The notes beneath the pieces were generated by a model. That model was not told where the DNA came from and did no database searches. It saw only the letters and a list, made by a program, of their open reading frames with translations. From Candidatus Pacearchaeota archaeon (GTDB lineage: Archaea > Nanobdellota > Nanobdellia > UBA10117 > JAFCGA01), in NCBI GenBank assembly GCA_017608345.1, contig JAFCGA010000001.1, forward strand, positions 171,036 through 235,035: a DNA stretch of 64,000 nt. Reading direction: 5' to 3'. Positions 11,112 to 19,222 of this stretch are shown here, one piece after another (position 1 is the first letter of the stretch; each line of letters starts with the position of its first letter). The translations under genes and the position numbers were made by a program.

Positions 11112-11327
11112 ATGGAACAATATCTCCTTAAACTACCTAATTATGAGATTTTTGGCGCAAATATGACTATTGATACACGTCTGAATGTTTATTCTATTGG
11201 AGTTCAGGCTTGTAAAAGTTGTCAGTGTGTTTGCCAATCGTGTATTGGTGGGAAATTGCCGGATGAATTAGACATCTTATGTGAAAAAGAAATAAAAGAC
11301 GCATTCAAAGAACTTTTGACTGTTTAA
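11112..11327 (+). CDS. Cys-rich small peptide, candidate RiPP precursor
   Basis: 71 aa with CKSCQCVCQSC block plus a sixth Cys; TATA-like atttataaag 11071-11080; first gene of a co-directional cassette with peptidase, radical SAM/SPASM and PqqD-like ORFs. Confidence 0.5.
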   Translation: MEQYLLKLPNYEIFGANMTIDTRLNVYSIGVQACKSCQCVCQSCIGGKLPDELDILCEKEIKDAFKELLTV

Positions 11328-11372
11328 TTCAAATGCTTCAAAATTATTTAGAGCGTTTCTATAGAATATGCT

Positions 11373-12032
11373 ATGAAGAAAATATTGGATTTGAATTTTT
11401 GCACTTTAATTTATTCAGATAAGGATGTTAATCGTGAAAAAAAACTAATTACTGATGCATTTAATTATAATACAAATTTTTATAAAATTAAAATTCCAAA
11501 ATTTGAAATACAGTTTGTTTATTCAAGAAACGAGTTTGATAAGATGTGGGGCAAAAAAACACTTAGTTTTGTCTCTGCATTCGCTAGAGATAAGAAGATT
11601 ATTATATTTGCGCACTCTATCTTTGATAAATCCACAATCTGGAAGAAAGAAAAATTTTCTGAAGGACTTATTCACGAGATTAATCACCTATTCTACCGCG
11701 AGCTAAGGAATGATGAATATGATCCATTGTGGTTATCTGAAGGTCTAGCAACATTTCTGCAACATCATAAAAAAAGATTTAATTACAAAAAGAAACTGAA
11801 AATAAAAAAAGAGATATTAGAAGAATCTTTTGAAAATATGACTATAGATAGTTATCAAATCTATACTTTATTTGTTGAATTCTTAATATTTAAATACGGA
11901 GAGAGAGAAATATTAAACTTAATAAAAAGACTAAAAGATGGAGAAAAATTAAATAATATCTTCCTACAGAAATATAATAAATCTTTTGATGAGTTAATTA
12001 AAGATGGAAACAAATACCAAAAAACTGCTTGA
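11373..12032 (+). CDS. Zinc metallopeptidase, gluzincin type (Peptidase_MA-like)
   Basis: 219 aa; HEINH followed 17 residues later by E within WLSEGLATF (HExxH-x17-E, M1-like WLxEG signature). Confidence 0.6.
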   Translation: MKKILDLNFCTLIYSDKDVNREKKLITDAFNYNTNFYKIKIPKFEIQFVYSRNEFDKMWGKKTLSFVSAFARDKKIIIFAHSIFDKSTIWKKEKFSEGLIHEINHLFYRELRNDEYDPLWLSEGLATFLQHHKKRFNYKKKLKIKKEILEESFENMTIDSYQIYTLFVEFLIFKYGEREILNLIKRLKDGEKLNNIFLQKYNKSFDELIKDGNKYQKTA

Positions 12033-13104
12033 AGTTGAGGATTTCAAAGACGCATATCAAGATACAATACTGCCTGATTGTAAATACTTAAAAATTAAAA
12101 GTCCTATCGCAACACAATTCGAATTGACAAGTAGATGCAATCAGAGATGCATTTTTTGTTATAATGTTTGGAAAGGGATTTGTTCTAAACAAAACTCTGT
12201 AACCCTATCTAAACAGAAGCAATTAAAAATTATTGATAAGATAATTGAAAATGAAATTTTTGATATTATTTTTTCAGGAGGAGAACCTCTTTTAGTTGAA
12301 TGGTTAGAAGACTTGATAAAAAAATGTTCAACTGCTAAAATGCGTACTACGATAATTACAAACGCTATCTTAATGACTGAAAAAAGAGCGAAACGTCTAA
12401 AAAATGCCGGATTAAGTGATATGCAAATATCTATTCATCATTATACTCCTAAAATCAATGATAAATTAACTAAAACAGAAGGCTCTTTTAATAAAACTAT
12501 TGTAGGAATAAAAAACGCGATAACGATATTCGGAGCCGGGAAGATTAATATTAATTTAGTTGCTATGCCTAAAACATATAAAGATATTTATAATATGGCA
12601 AAATTTTTACACAAACTCGGAATAATATCTTTTAGCGTAGCATCTCCAACTGCAACTGGAAAAATGGAGAAAGATAAAAATTTAGTAATTAATAAAAGAA
12701 TGTTTATAGAAATATACAAACAACTAATAAAAGCAAAAAAGGATTTTAATATTCATATCGGATTTACTGGCGGATTCCCTATCTGCTTACTACCTGAAGT
12801 AAATAAAAAAACAGTTGAAATGATTGGTAATTACTGTGACGCGGGGTTAAACCAGATAATTATTGGTCCTAATGGAGCATTAAGACCTTGTGTTTGTTTA
12901 GGGGAAGAATTAGGGAATATTCTAGAAGACAATCTAAAAGAAATCTGGAATAATAATAAATTTCTGTTAGATATTAGAAAAATGAAATTTGTACCTAAAG
13001 CATGCAAAGAATGCGAATATGTATCAATTTGTCGTGGAGGATGTAGGGCTTCTGCTCAAGGATATTTCGGAAAAATAAATGCGCTAGATCCGCTAATGAA
13101 ATAA
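12004..13104 (+). CDS. Radical SAM / SPASM-domain peptide-modifying enzyme
   Basis: 366 aa; TSRCNQRCIFCYN (CX3CX2C), FSGGEPLL, C-terminal GPNGALRPCVC..GNI and CKECEYVSICRGGCRA (SPASM-type auxiliary cluster motifs); overlaps the peptidase gene by 29 nt. Confidence 0.85.
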   Translation: METNTKKLLEVEDFKDAYQDTILPDCKYLKIKSPIATQFELTSRCNQRCIFCYNVWKGICSKQNSVTLSKQKQLKIIDKIIENEIFDIIFSGGEPLLVEWLEDLIKKCSTAKMRTTIITNAILMTEKRAKRLKNAGLSDMQISIHHYTPKINDKLTKTEGSFNKTIVGIKNAITIFGAGKININLVAMPKTYKDIYNMAKFLHKLGIISFSVASPTATGKMEKDKNLVINKRMFIEIYKQLIKAKKDFNIHIGFTGGFPICLLPEVNKKTVEMIGNYCDAGLNQIIIGPNGALRPCVCLGEELGNILEDNLKEIWNNNKFLLDIRKMKFVPKACKECEYVSICRGGCRASAQGYFGKINALDPLMK

Positions 13105-13105
13105 A

Positions 13106-13357
13106 ATGGACTTTGTAATTTTTAAGAATCCACATTTGAGATATAGAAAAGAAGACTTTGGTGGAGTTGCAAAACTTCAGCTTAAGACGTTTATACTTAA
13201 TAAAAATCAATACAAACTAATTAGTACTTTAAATCAATTCTTAGTTTATCGCTCCTTGGAAAATAAAGACAAATTACTAGTTGATAAATTAATTAAAGAT
13301 AATCTTCTTGTGAGATTAGCTATGAAAGAAGCTAAGAAACTTGGTTTTAGAGAATAA
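13106..13357 (+). CDS. Small PqqD-like protein (possible RiPP recognition element)
   Basis: 83-aa ORF starting 1 nt after the radical SAM stop; size, position and ..FILNKNQYKLISTLN.. segment fit stand-alone PqqD-family partners; weak sequence evidence. Confidence 0.4.
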   Translation: MDFVIFKNPHLRYRKEDFGGVAKLQLKTFILNKNQYKLISTLNQFLVYRSLENKDKLLVDKLIKDNLLVRLAMKEAKKLGFRE

Positions 13358-13554
13358 GCGTTCAAATTCGTAAGTATATTCAAGACTAAATTTTAATAAT
13401 AGATTTTTATGCATCCAACAGCTTGATAGATTCTTCTAATCTACTTTTATCTTCATCTGCATACATAACACTAAATAAGCAATAAAATTTATAAGCCTTC
13501 GTTCGAGCTAGCCTTATTCGCAAAGCTTAAAAGTTTATAAAAACAACCTAAATC

Positions 13555-13896
13555 ATGGACAGATCAATATTCAAGTACCTAATTCCAGCGTATATTCTCT
13601 GGTTTGTAATTCACATTATCGCTTTCTTTAGCTTTACGCTTGGAATGGCGCTGTCTCCTCGGATATCGATGTTTGGATGGATGATTCCGATAATGATCTC
13701 TCACGTACTAGTAATCCTCTGTGGAATAGCGTTCTTCATCTGGATGCTCGTTGACTGCGCAATGAGGAAATTTAAGGAAGATTCTGAAAGAGTTATCTGG
13801 ATCTTAGTTATAATCTTCTTAAATGTCTTAGGAGCAATCATATACTTCTACATACACGGAAAGAAACCCTTGAAGAAAGAATCCAAGGCTAAATAA
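13555..13896 (+). CDS. PLD nuclease N-terminal (PLDc_N) domain membrane protein
   Basis: 113 aa, 3-4 TM helices; WMLVDCAMRKF..RVIWILVIIFLNVLGAIIYFYIHGKK pattern; paralogs at 22782 and 23163. Confidence 0.6.
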   Translation: MDRSIFKYLIPAYILWFVIHIIAFFSFTLGMALSPRISMFGWMIPIMISHVLVILCGIAFFIWMLVDCAMRKFKEDSERVIWILVIIFLNVLGAIIYFYIHGKKPLKKESKAK

Positions 13897-14449
13897 TATC
13901 CAAAACTCGTCCAAAAGCTTCCAAATCCTTCAAATTCCGAAGTTCATACTCATTCCGAGCAAAGCTAGCAACAGAAACCGGAACCTTATACTTCTTGAAA
14001 ATCTTAATATTCTGCTTGATTCTACCTAGCAAGAGCTCTCGAGCCCTGCCTTCTAGCGCCAAAATACGCGAGAAATCAACAATATAATCCACTTTATTCT
14101 CCGCAGCCAGCTTAGCAGTGACTTGATTGACGTTTCCGCGCCGATAGTGAGTGTGATCCCGTCCCGTAGCAGTCGCCAGATGAGTGACAGCTGAGACTGA
14201 CTTTTTAGAGCAAGCTGCTCTAACTAGTTCTTTTTCCTCGGCAGCTACTACTACAAACGTTTTTGGGAGGAATTTATCAGCCAGCTTTAAGTCTGCTAGC
14301 TTTTCTACTTTGACTAAGACTCCGCAGTCTTTAGGTAATTCCTTCTTAGTCTTAACTTCATATAAGAATTTAAGTTTAGAGTTAAGTTGCTTGGATCTAG
14401 CTAAGAGTTCTTTTTCGTTCTTATTGGGGATAGCTAAGTCCATAAACAA
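13889..14449 (-). CDS. rnp3: RNase P protein component 3 (Rpp30)
   Basis: 186 aa; ..VTAKLAAENKVDYIVDFSRILALEGRARELLLGRIKQNIKIFKKYKVPVSVASFARNEYELRNLKDL.. matches the Rpp30 C-terminal pattern as I remember it. Confidence 0.6.
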   Translation of the reverse strand: MFMDLAIPNKNEKELLARSKQLNSKLKFLYEVKTKKELPKDCGVLVKVEKLADLKLADKFLPKTFVVVAAEEKELVRAACSKKSVSAVTHLATATGRDHTHYRRGNVNQVTAKLAAENKVDYIVDFSRILALEGRARELLLGRIKQNIKIFKKYKVPVSVASFARNEYELRNLKDLEAFGRVLDII

Positions 14450-14474
14450 CTAAAAGAAAACAGAGTATAAAAGA

Positions 14475-14663
14475 TTACTTCTTAGGCGCAGCTCTTCTTT
14501 TAATTAACAATGCTATAAGACTAATAGCAAATAATAGCGCTACTACGCCAGACATTGCAATTCTCCATGTTGATTGTCCGAAGGTCAAATGTACAATAAA
14601 TAACACTACGAAAATCGCTGTAAACACTGCTCTAAACGCAATCTGCAGAATAAGCTTATTCAT
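14475..14663 (-). CDS. Small membrane protein
   Basis: 62-aa ORF with two TM helices, basic C-terminus. Confidence 0.4.
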   Translation of the reverse strand: MNKLILQIAFRAVFTAIFVVLFIVHLTFGQSTWRIAMSGVVALLFAISLIALLIKRRAAPKK

Positions 14664-14669
14664 CGCCAG

Positions 14670-15200
14670 TTACTTCTTCCTCAGCCCGCGACCTTTCTTT
14701 CCCGCCGAAGTCAAACCCCTAAAAGCTCGCCCTCGGTTAGCTGGATCAGCAATCCAATTAATCTTCTTATCCGCTAAAATCACTGTGTGCTGCTTATCAA
14801 CTAGAATTACTTCGAACCATTTGTGCTTAGCATCCTCAATAACCCAATAGCTATTCAGAACCTCGCAATTAGGATACTTCTTAGCAGCTCTAGCTTCAGC
14901 TATTCGCTGCTTACTAACTGCTACAGGTAGCCGTTTCTGAGCATATCTCTTAGGTCTTCGTCCTGCTTTTAGCTGCGGTCTCTTAGAAACTCCGCGAGGA
15001 ACTCTAGATCTAACAATTAAATAGCCTTGCTTAGCTTTATAACCTAAAGAACGCGCTCGATCCAACCTTGTAGGTCGTTCGATTCTGTTTATAGCTGGCT
15101 CTCTTCGCCAAGCGATTAATCGCTCTCGCCATAATTCGCCCAGATTAGCCTTCGGCCGTTTCCAAGCTTCTCTTATGTATTGATATACTCCTTTTGCCAC
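14670..15200 (-). CDS. rpl15e: 50S ribosomal protein L15e
   Basis: 176 aa (GTG start); [42 protein letters not shown] typical L15e; about 60-nt leader with gaggtga SD-like element. Confidence 0.92.
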   Translation of the reverse strand: MAKGVYQYIREAWKRPKANLGELWRERLIAWRREPAINRIERPTRLDRARSLGYKAKQGYLIVRSRVPRGVSKRPQLKAGRRPKRYAQKRLPVAVSKQRIAEARAAKKYPNCEVLNSYWVIEDAKHKWFEVILVDKQHTVILADKKINWIADPANRGRAFRGLTSAGKKGRGLRKK

Positions 15201-15290
15201 TTAAATCACCTCTAATTCGGTCCAGATAACTGGTAACCCACATCCTAGAGTGATATAAGATCAGAAACCGAGCTTAAAAACCTTACGGTA

Positions 15291-15373
15291 GATTAAAAAT
15301 AAATAAAAAATAAGAAAGGGAAGGGCTTTACGCCCTTAGTCAACTTCGTTGACCTATCAGATAATAATCTGAT
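15291..15373 (-). terminator. Three stacked hairpins plus long oligo-T tract after the surface-protein gene
   Basis: On the minus strand: atcagat/atctgat (15356-15373), gtcaac/gttgac (15339-15353), aagggc/gccctt (15321-15337), then T-rich ccctttcttattttttatttattttt (plus-strand A-run 15291-15320). Confidence 0.55.
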
Positions 15374-16981
15374 TTACTTTTTCTTTTTCTTCATGAAGAA
15401 GAAGTACGCTACTGCTGCTATTGCAATCACAGCTATAATCCAATACCAGTAAGTGCTCTTCTTTGGTGGTGCTGGTTCTGGAGCTGGTTCTTCTTGCTGC
15501 TCTGGTTCTGGAGCTGGTTCTTCGCCCATAGCTAGCTTTTCTTCACCAGTAATTACGAAGTAACTAAAACTAGAAACAGTTGCAGTATAAACTAGCTCTC
15601 CATTCAGATCTTCGGTCATTTTCGTGACTAGCTGCTTCCATTCATTACCTTCTAGATGGTTGAGTACGATTCTATCGCTATCAATATATCTTGCGTTCAA
15701 CCAAGTTTTAGGTACTTTGAAAGTAATCTCTCCGCTCTGGAGCTTATCTTCTATATTAGTTGCTTCAATCTTCAAGTACTGATAGACACCGCCAGTAGGT
15801 ACTGGTGCGTCTGCAGGTTTCGAAGATAAACTCTGGATACTTACTTTTACATTACTTACAGCTTCTGAAGACGTTATTGCTATTTCCTTAACTGCTATGT
15901 CTGCGCTATCGAAAGATACTTTCGAAGAAACGCCTGCTTCCATAGATGCAATTGTCTTAGCTTGGGTAGCTGCGGTCGTAGCAGTTGCTATTCCGCTGCC
16001 TGCACCTCCACCGCCTCCAGCACTAGATCGCCTTACATAGTAAGTAAATACATTCGAGGCTGAATTTCCAGCACTATCTGTAGCCGTACAAGTTGTGGTA
16101 TAAGTTCCATATTGAGTTGTATCTGGAATAGCTGCATATACAACGCTGCCCGGGCTTAGTGAACTTTCGATATTATCGCTAGCTGAACAAGCACAAGTTA
16201 TTTGCGCATCTTCCCATACACTTTCAGTATCGCAGGTGTGAACTATGCTCGGAGCAGTATTATCTATCTTTATACTATAATTGGAAGTCACATTCTCGTT
16301 GTTCGCTATATCCTTTGCCTTGAAGGATACTAGATACCATCCATCAGTATAGGTCGTCGTATCAACAGTTGCTATGTACCAATTCGCACCCCCACTGGCT
16401 GCATTGCTCATTGCTATCCATCCGCTATCCCCATCTGCGGTTGAATTAGCATATATTTGATAGAAAACGCTACTTGAATTCATACCCGAAACATCGGATG
16501 CAGTTATATTCAGAACATGCGTTGATCCAGTTAGCCACTCTAAAACACTGTGATTAGCGACTGTTGGGTTTCCAAGAGCAACAGTAAAAGTTCTTCCGAG
16601 AGTTACATATTGATCCGTACCGTTAGTACAATTAATAGTATAATTATATGTTACTCCTGCTGTGAATGTAACATTAGCATTAACATTATATGTAGAAGTA
16701 TTAAGTACACCTACTTGTGTATGCCAATCATTTGCAGAATTAGAATTATCTACGGTGCAATTAACCTTCCCGGCTGCACTTCCAGTTGTGTTAAAACTAC
16801 TATTATACGGAACTGTGTAAGTGAACGTAAAGGAGTCATTCTGACCCACATTAGAGTTATTCGCTGGTGCTGTAACTGAAACGGTCGTCGTGTCAAGAAC
16901 TGCTGCGCCAACGACAAATAAGCAAGCTGTAATCGCAAGCATCACTGTAGCCATCAATAAAAATTGTTTTTTAGATTTCAT
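15374..16981 (-). CDS. Cell-surface (S-layer-like) glycoprotein with PGF-pre-PGF-like domain and C-terminal TM anchor
   Basis: 535 aa; signal/TM N-terminus, many N-x-S/T sequons, ..VYQYLKIEATNIE..ITFKVPKTWL..SFSYFVITGE (PGF-pre-PGF-like), EEPAPEP repeats, C-terminal TM helix plus KKKKK. Confidence 0.7.
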   Translation of the reverse strand: MKSKKQFLLMATVMLAITACLFVVGAAVLDTTTVSVTAPANNSNVGQNDSFTFTYTVPYNSSFNTTGSAAGKVNCTVDNSNSANDWHTQVGVLNTSTYNVNANVTFTAGVTYNYTINCTNGTDQYVTLGRTFTVALGNPTVANHSVLEWLTGSTHVLNITASDVSGMNSSSVFYQIYANSTADGDSGWIAMSNAASGGANWYIATVDTTTYTDGWYLVSFKAKDIANNENVTSNYSIKIDNTAPSIVHTCDTESVWEDAQITCACSASDNIESSLSPGSVVYAAIPDTTQYGTYTTTCTATDSAGNSASNVFTYYVRRSSAGGGGGAGSGIATATTAATQAKTIASMEAGVSSKVSFDSADIAVKEIAITSSEAVSNVKVSIQSLSSKPADAPVPTGGVYQYLKIEATNIEDKLQSGEITFKVPKTWLNARYIDSDRIVLNHLEGNEWKQLVTKMTEDLNGELVYTATVSSFSYFVITGEEKLAMGEEPAPEPEQQEEPAPEPAPPKKSTYWYWIIAVIAIAAVAYFFFMKKKKK

Positions 16982-17143
16982 ATATCTCTACCTCTAATCA
17001 ATTTGATTACGATTAAAATAACGCGGGTGATATATAAGCTTTATGTTGCTTTGTTTTTACTTATTAATAAGAACTACTTGACTAATTAAGCAGGAGTTAC
17101 ATAATTTTATATTATTTATATTGGGGACTAAATAGTTTGAGAA

Positions 17144-17602
17144 TCATTTCTTATAATATATTTGATGCAAGATATATTTAATGTGAGCTAGCTCTTTTTG
17201 AATAGCAGCTATTTCTCGCTCGGATTTGCGATTTATTCGATAATCATAGTCTGTTCTTTTTCTGTCTCGTTCAGCTTCTCTGTTCTGACTCATGAGGATA
17301 ATCGGTGCTTGGACTGCTGCTAAACAGGAAAGTATGAGATTTAGTAAGATAAATGGCCATGGATCCCAAGCTCGCAGCCATCCATACATATTAAATGCTG
17401 CCCAGAGGAAGATAAATCCGAAGAGAGAAAGAATAAAAGTCCAAGTTCCACAGAACTTTGTTACTACGTCTGCAGCTCGCTGTCCGAGGGTAAGATGTTT
17501 CCTGATCTCATGCGGCATATCTGGCTGGTATTTGTGATTATGAAAATATTCTGCAGCATTGTGTGCGTGCTGAGACTGTTTTGGTTGACTTGCAAGAAAC
17601 AT
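17144..17602 (-). CDS. DUF1003-family membrane protein
   Basis: LTLGQRAADVVTKFCGTWTFI..PFILLNLILSCLAAVQAPIILMSQNR..ERD pattern of DUF1003; ATG 17602 preferred to the GTG at 17623. Confidence 0.7.
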   Translation of the reverse strand: MFLASQPKQSQHAHNAAEYFHNHKYQPDMPHEIRKHLTLGQRAADVVTKFCGTWTFILSLFGFIFLWAAFNMYGWLRAWDPWPFILLNLILSCLAAVQAPIILMSQNREAERDRKRTDYDYRINRKSEREIAAIQKELAHIKYILHQIYYKK

Positions 17603-17623
17603 ACTATATTCTAGAAAGCACAC

Positions 17624-18856
17624 TTAGTATAAAACTTTTTTGAGCAATTTAGTTGCTTGAGCTACGGTTAGCAGCTGCTCTTCTCCAGTTTTCATATTCT
17701 TTAGTTTGATTTTGCCTTTCTTTAGCTCTTCAGGACCTACGAAAGCAACATAAGGAATATTCTGCTTATTCGCAAAGTCTAAATTCTTCCTCAGAGAGCG
17801 ACCCATCAGGTCTGAATCTGCGTTAATTCCTGCTGCTCTAAACTCACTAAGAATACTTAGCGTTCCAGAAGACTTTTGGGGGAGCGACGAAGTCGCGGGG
17901 GAGGGTCGCGGGGGCACAGGCCCGCGAATTGGGATTAGGTATAATTGAGTAACTGTTTTAGTAGTAGATTTCTGCTTAGCTTTCACTATTTCATAAATTC
18001 TAGTTACTCCAAGGGAGATTCCAGTCGCAGGCAAGTCTCTGCCGCCGAGTTGCTTGATTAGATTATCATATCTCCCTCCGCCAGCTATTGAGTACTTATA
18101 TTCTTCTGAGAAGACCTCGAAGACTGGGCCCGTATAGTAATCTAATCCTCTTGCTAGCGTCGGGTCGAACTCTGCTTTGACTTTCATTTTTCGTAGCAAG
18201 GAAGAAATCCCCTTAACTTCTGGATCATCAGCGGCCCTTGACGCTCGAATCGCTGTGACTATCTTTCGATCTAGCTTGGAAGTTCCTTTATCTAGCTTGT
18301 CTATCTCCTGAATCGTTGAAGGTATACTAGATTCAGGGATTCCGAGCGATTTCAACTTGTTTACTAAGAAATTACGGCTGCTATATTTTATTTTGACTTT
18401 TATTCCTAATTGTCTAAATACATCTTGAACTATTGCTAGCATTTCTGCATCTGCTATTAGTGAAGAAGAGCCGACGGTATCAACATCGCACTGCCAGAAT
18501 TCTCTACTTCTGCTTCCGAACTCCTCTCTCCAGACTTTTGCTATCTGATATCGCTTAAACGGAAGCGTGAGAGTTGGATTGCTAGCTAGCACTCTCGCTA
18601 ATGGAACTGTAAGATCAAATCTTAAGCCTAGCTTTCTTTTAGCTCTATCTGTCAGAGTGAAAATTTCTTTTCCGATTTGTTCGCCACCAGTTCCTTTTCT
18701 AGTCAGCGTTTGATAGGTTTCTAAAGCAGGCGTGTCTAGCGGAGAGAAGCCATACTTTTCAAATGTAGCTTTGATTGTATCAATTATATTATTGATGATG
18801 ATTTGCTCCTCAGGGAGATAATCCCTTACTCCTTTTGGTTGTTCTACTTTCGCCAT
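17624..18856 (-). CDS. hisS: Histidine--tRNA ligase
   Basis: Class II aaRS HisRS pattern (PKGVRDYLPEE.., FWQCDVD, GGGRYDNL, C-terminal anticodon-binding domain); ATG 18856 with TATA-like tttataa 18880-18886; contains a GC-rich Pro-rich insertion near 17875-17940. Confidence 0.95.
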   Translation of the reverse strand: MAKVEQPKGVRDYLPEEQIIINNIIDTIKATFEKYGFSPLDTPALETYQTLTRKGTGGEQIGKEIFTLTDRAKRKLGLRFDLTVPLARVLASNPTLTLPFKRYQIAKVWREEFGSRSREFWQCDVDTVGSSSLIADAEMLAIVQDVFRQLGIKVKIKYSSRNFLVNKLKSLGIPESSIPSTIQEIDKLDKGTSKLDRKIVTAIRASRAADDPEVKGISSLLRKMKVKAEFDPTLARGLDYYTGPVFEVFSEEYKYSIAGGGRYDNLIKQLGGRDLPATGISLGVTRIYEIVKAKQKSTTKTVTQLYLIPIRGPVPPRPSPATSSLPQKSSGTLSILSEFRAAGINADSDLMGRSLRKNLDFANKQNIPYVAFVGPEELKKGKIKLKNMKTGEEQLLTVAQATKLLKKVLY

Positions 18857-18896
18857 ATTAATTAGTACTGCCAATATTATTTATAATTTGTCTAAG

Positions 18897-18972
18897 AGCA
18901 AGGGGGGAGATTTGAACTCCCGTCTAGAGATCCACAGTCTCTAATTCTAAACCAGGCTAAACTACCCTCGCC
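18897..18972 (-). tRNA. tRNA-His (anticodon GUG) with genome-encoded G-1
   Basis: Manual cloverleaf: acceptor GCGAGGG/CCCTTGC, D stem GTTT/GAAT, anticodon stem AGAGA/TCTCT with loop CTGTGGA, T arm GGGAG-TTCAAAT-CTCCC; extra G at -1 (18972); no encoded CCA. Confidence 0.85.
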
Positions 18973-19091
18973 ATTTGATCTGTTCGGAGTGAGAAAGCTT
19001 ACGCTGTTTCTTAAAACAATGAAAGCACTCACCCAAAAGAGCATTAAAAATAGGTATTATTCTTCTATTACTTGTGGGGATAATCACCTAT

Positions 19092-19171
19092 CATCTTAGT
19101 TTTCGTCTCCGATTGCATTTCGGAAACTAAGACACGAGGAAAGTAACCAATTTCGTGGCTTTCCGAAGTGT
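19092..19171 (-). ncRNA. Unclassified structured RNA element, copy 2 (upstream of tRNA-His)
   Basis: Minus strand reads ACACTTCGGAAAG-ccacgaaattgg-tta-CTTTCCTCGTGTCTTAGTTTCCG-loop-CGAAAACTAAGATG. The 18-nt ttcctcgtgtcttagttt matches 4308-4325. TATA-like box 19193-19200 lies about 22 nt upstream. Confidence 0.4.
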
Positions 19172-19222
19172 AATTAAAGAGTATTTATTGGAGTTTAAAA
19201 AGATTCCGAATAACTCAACTAC

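Noticed and set aside
11455-11706. 83-aa ORF inside the peptidase gene in another frame
   Set aside because: Embedded in the HExxH peptidase ORF; translation is AT-rich noise.
16550-16938. ORFs 16550-16879 (+) and 16750-16938 (-) within the surface-protein gene
   Set aside because: Embedded in a 535-aa ORF that has a signal peptide, PGF-pre-PGF-like domain and TM anchor.
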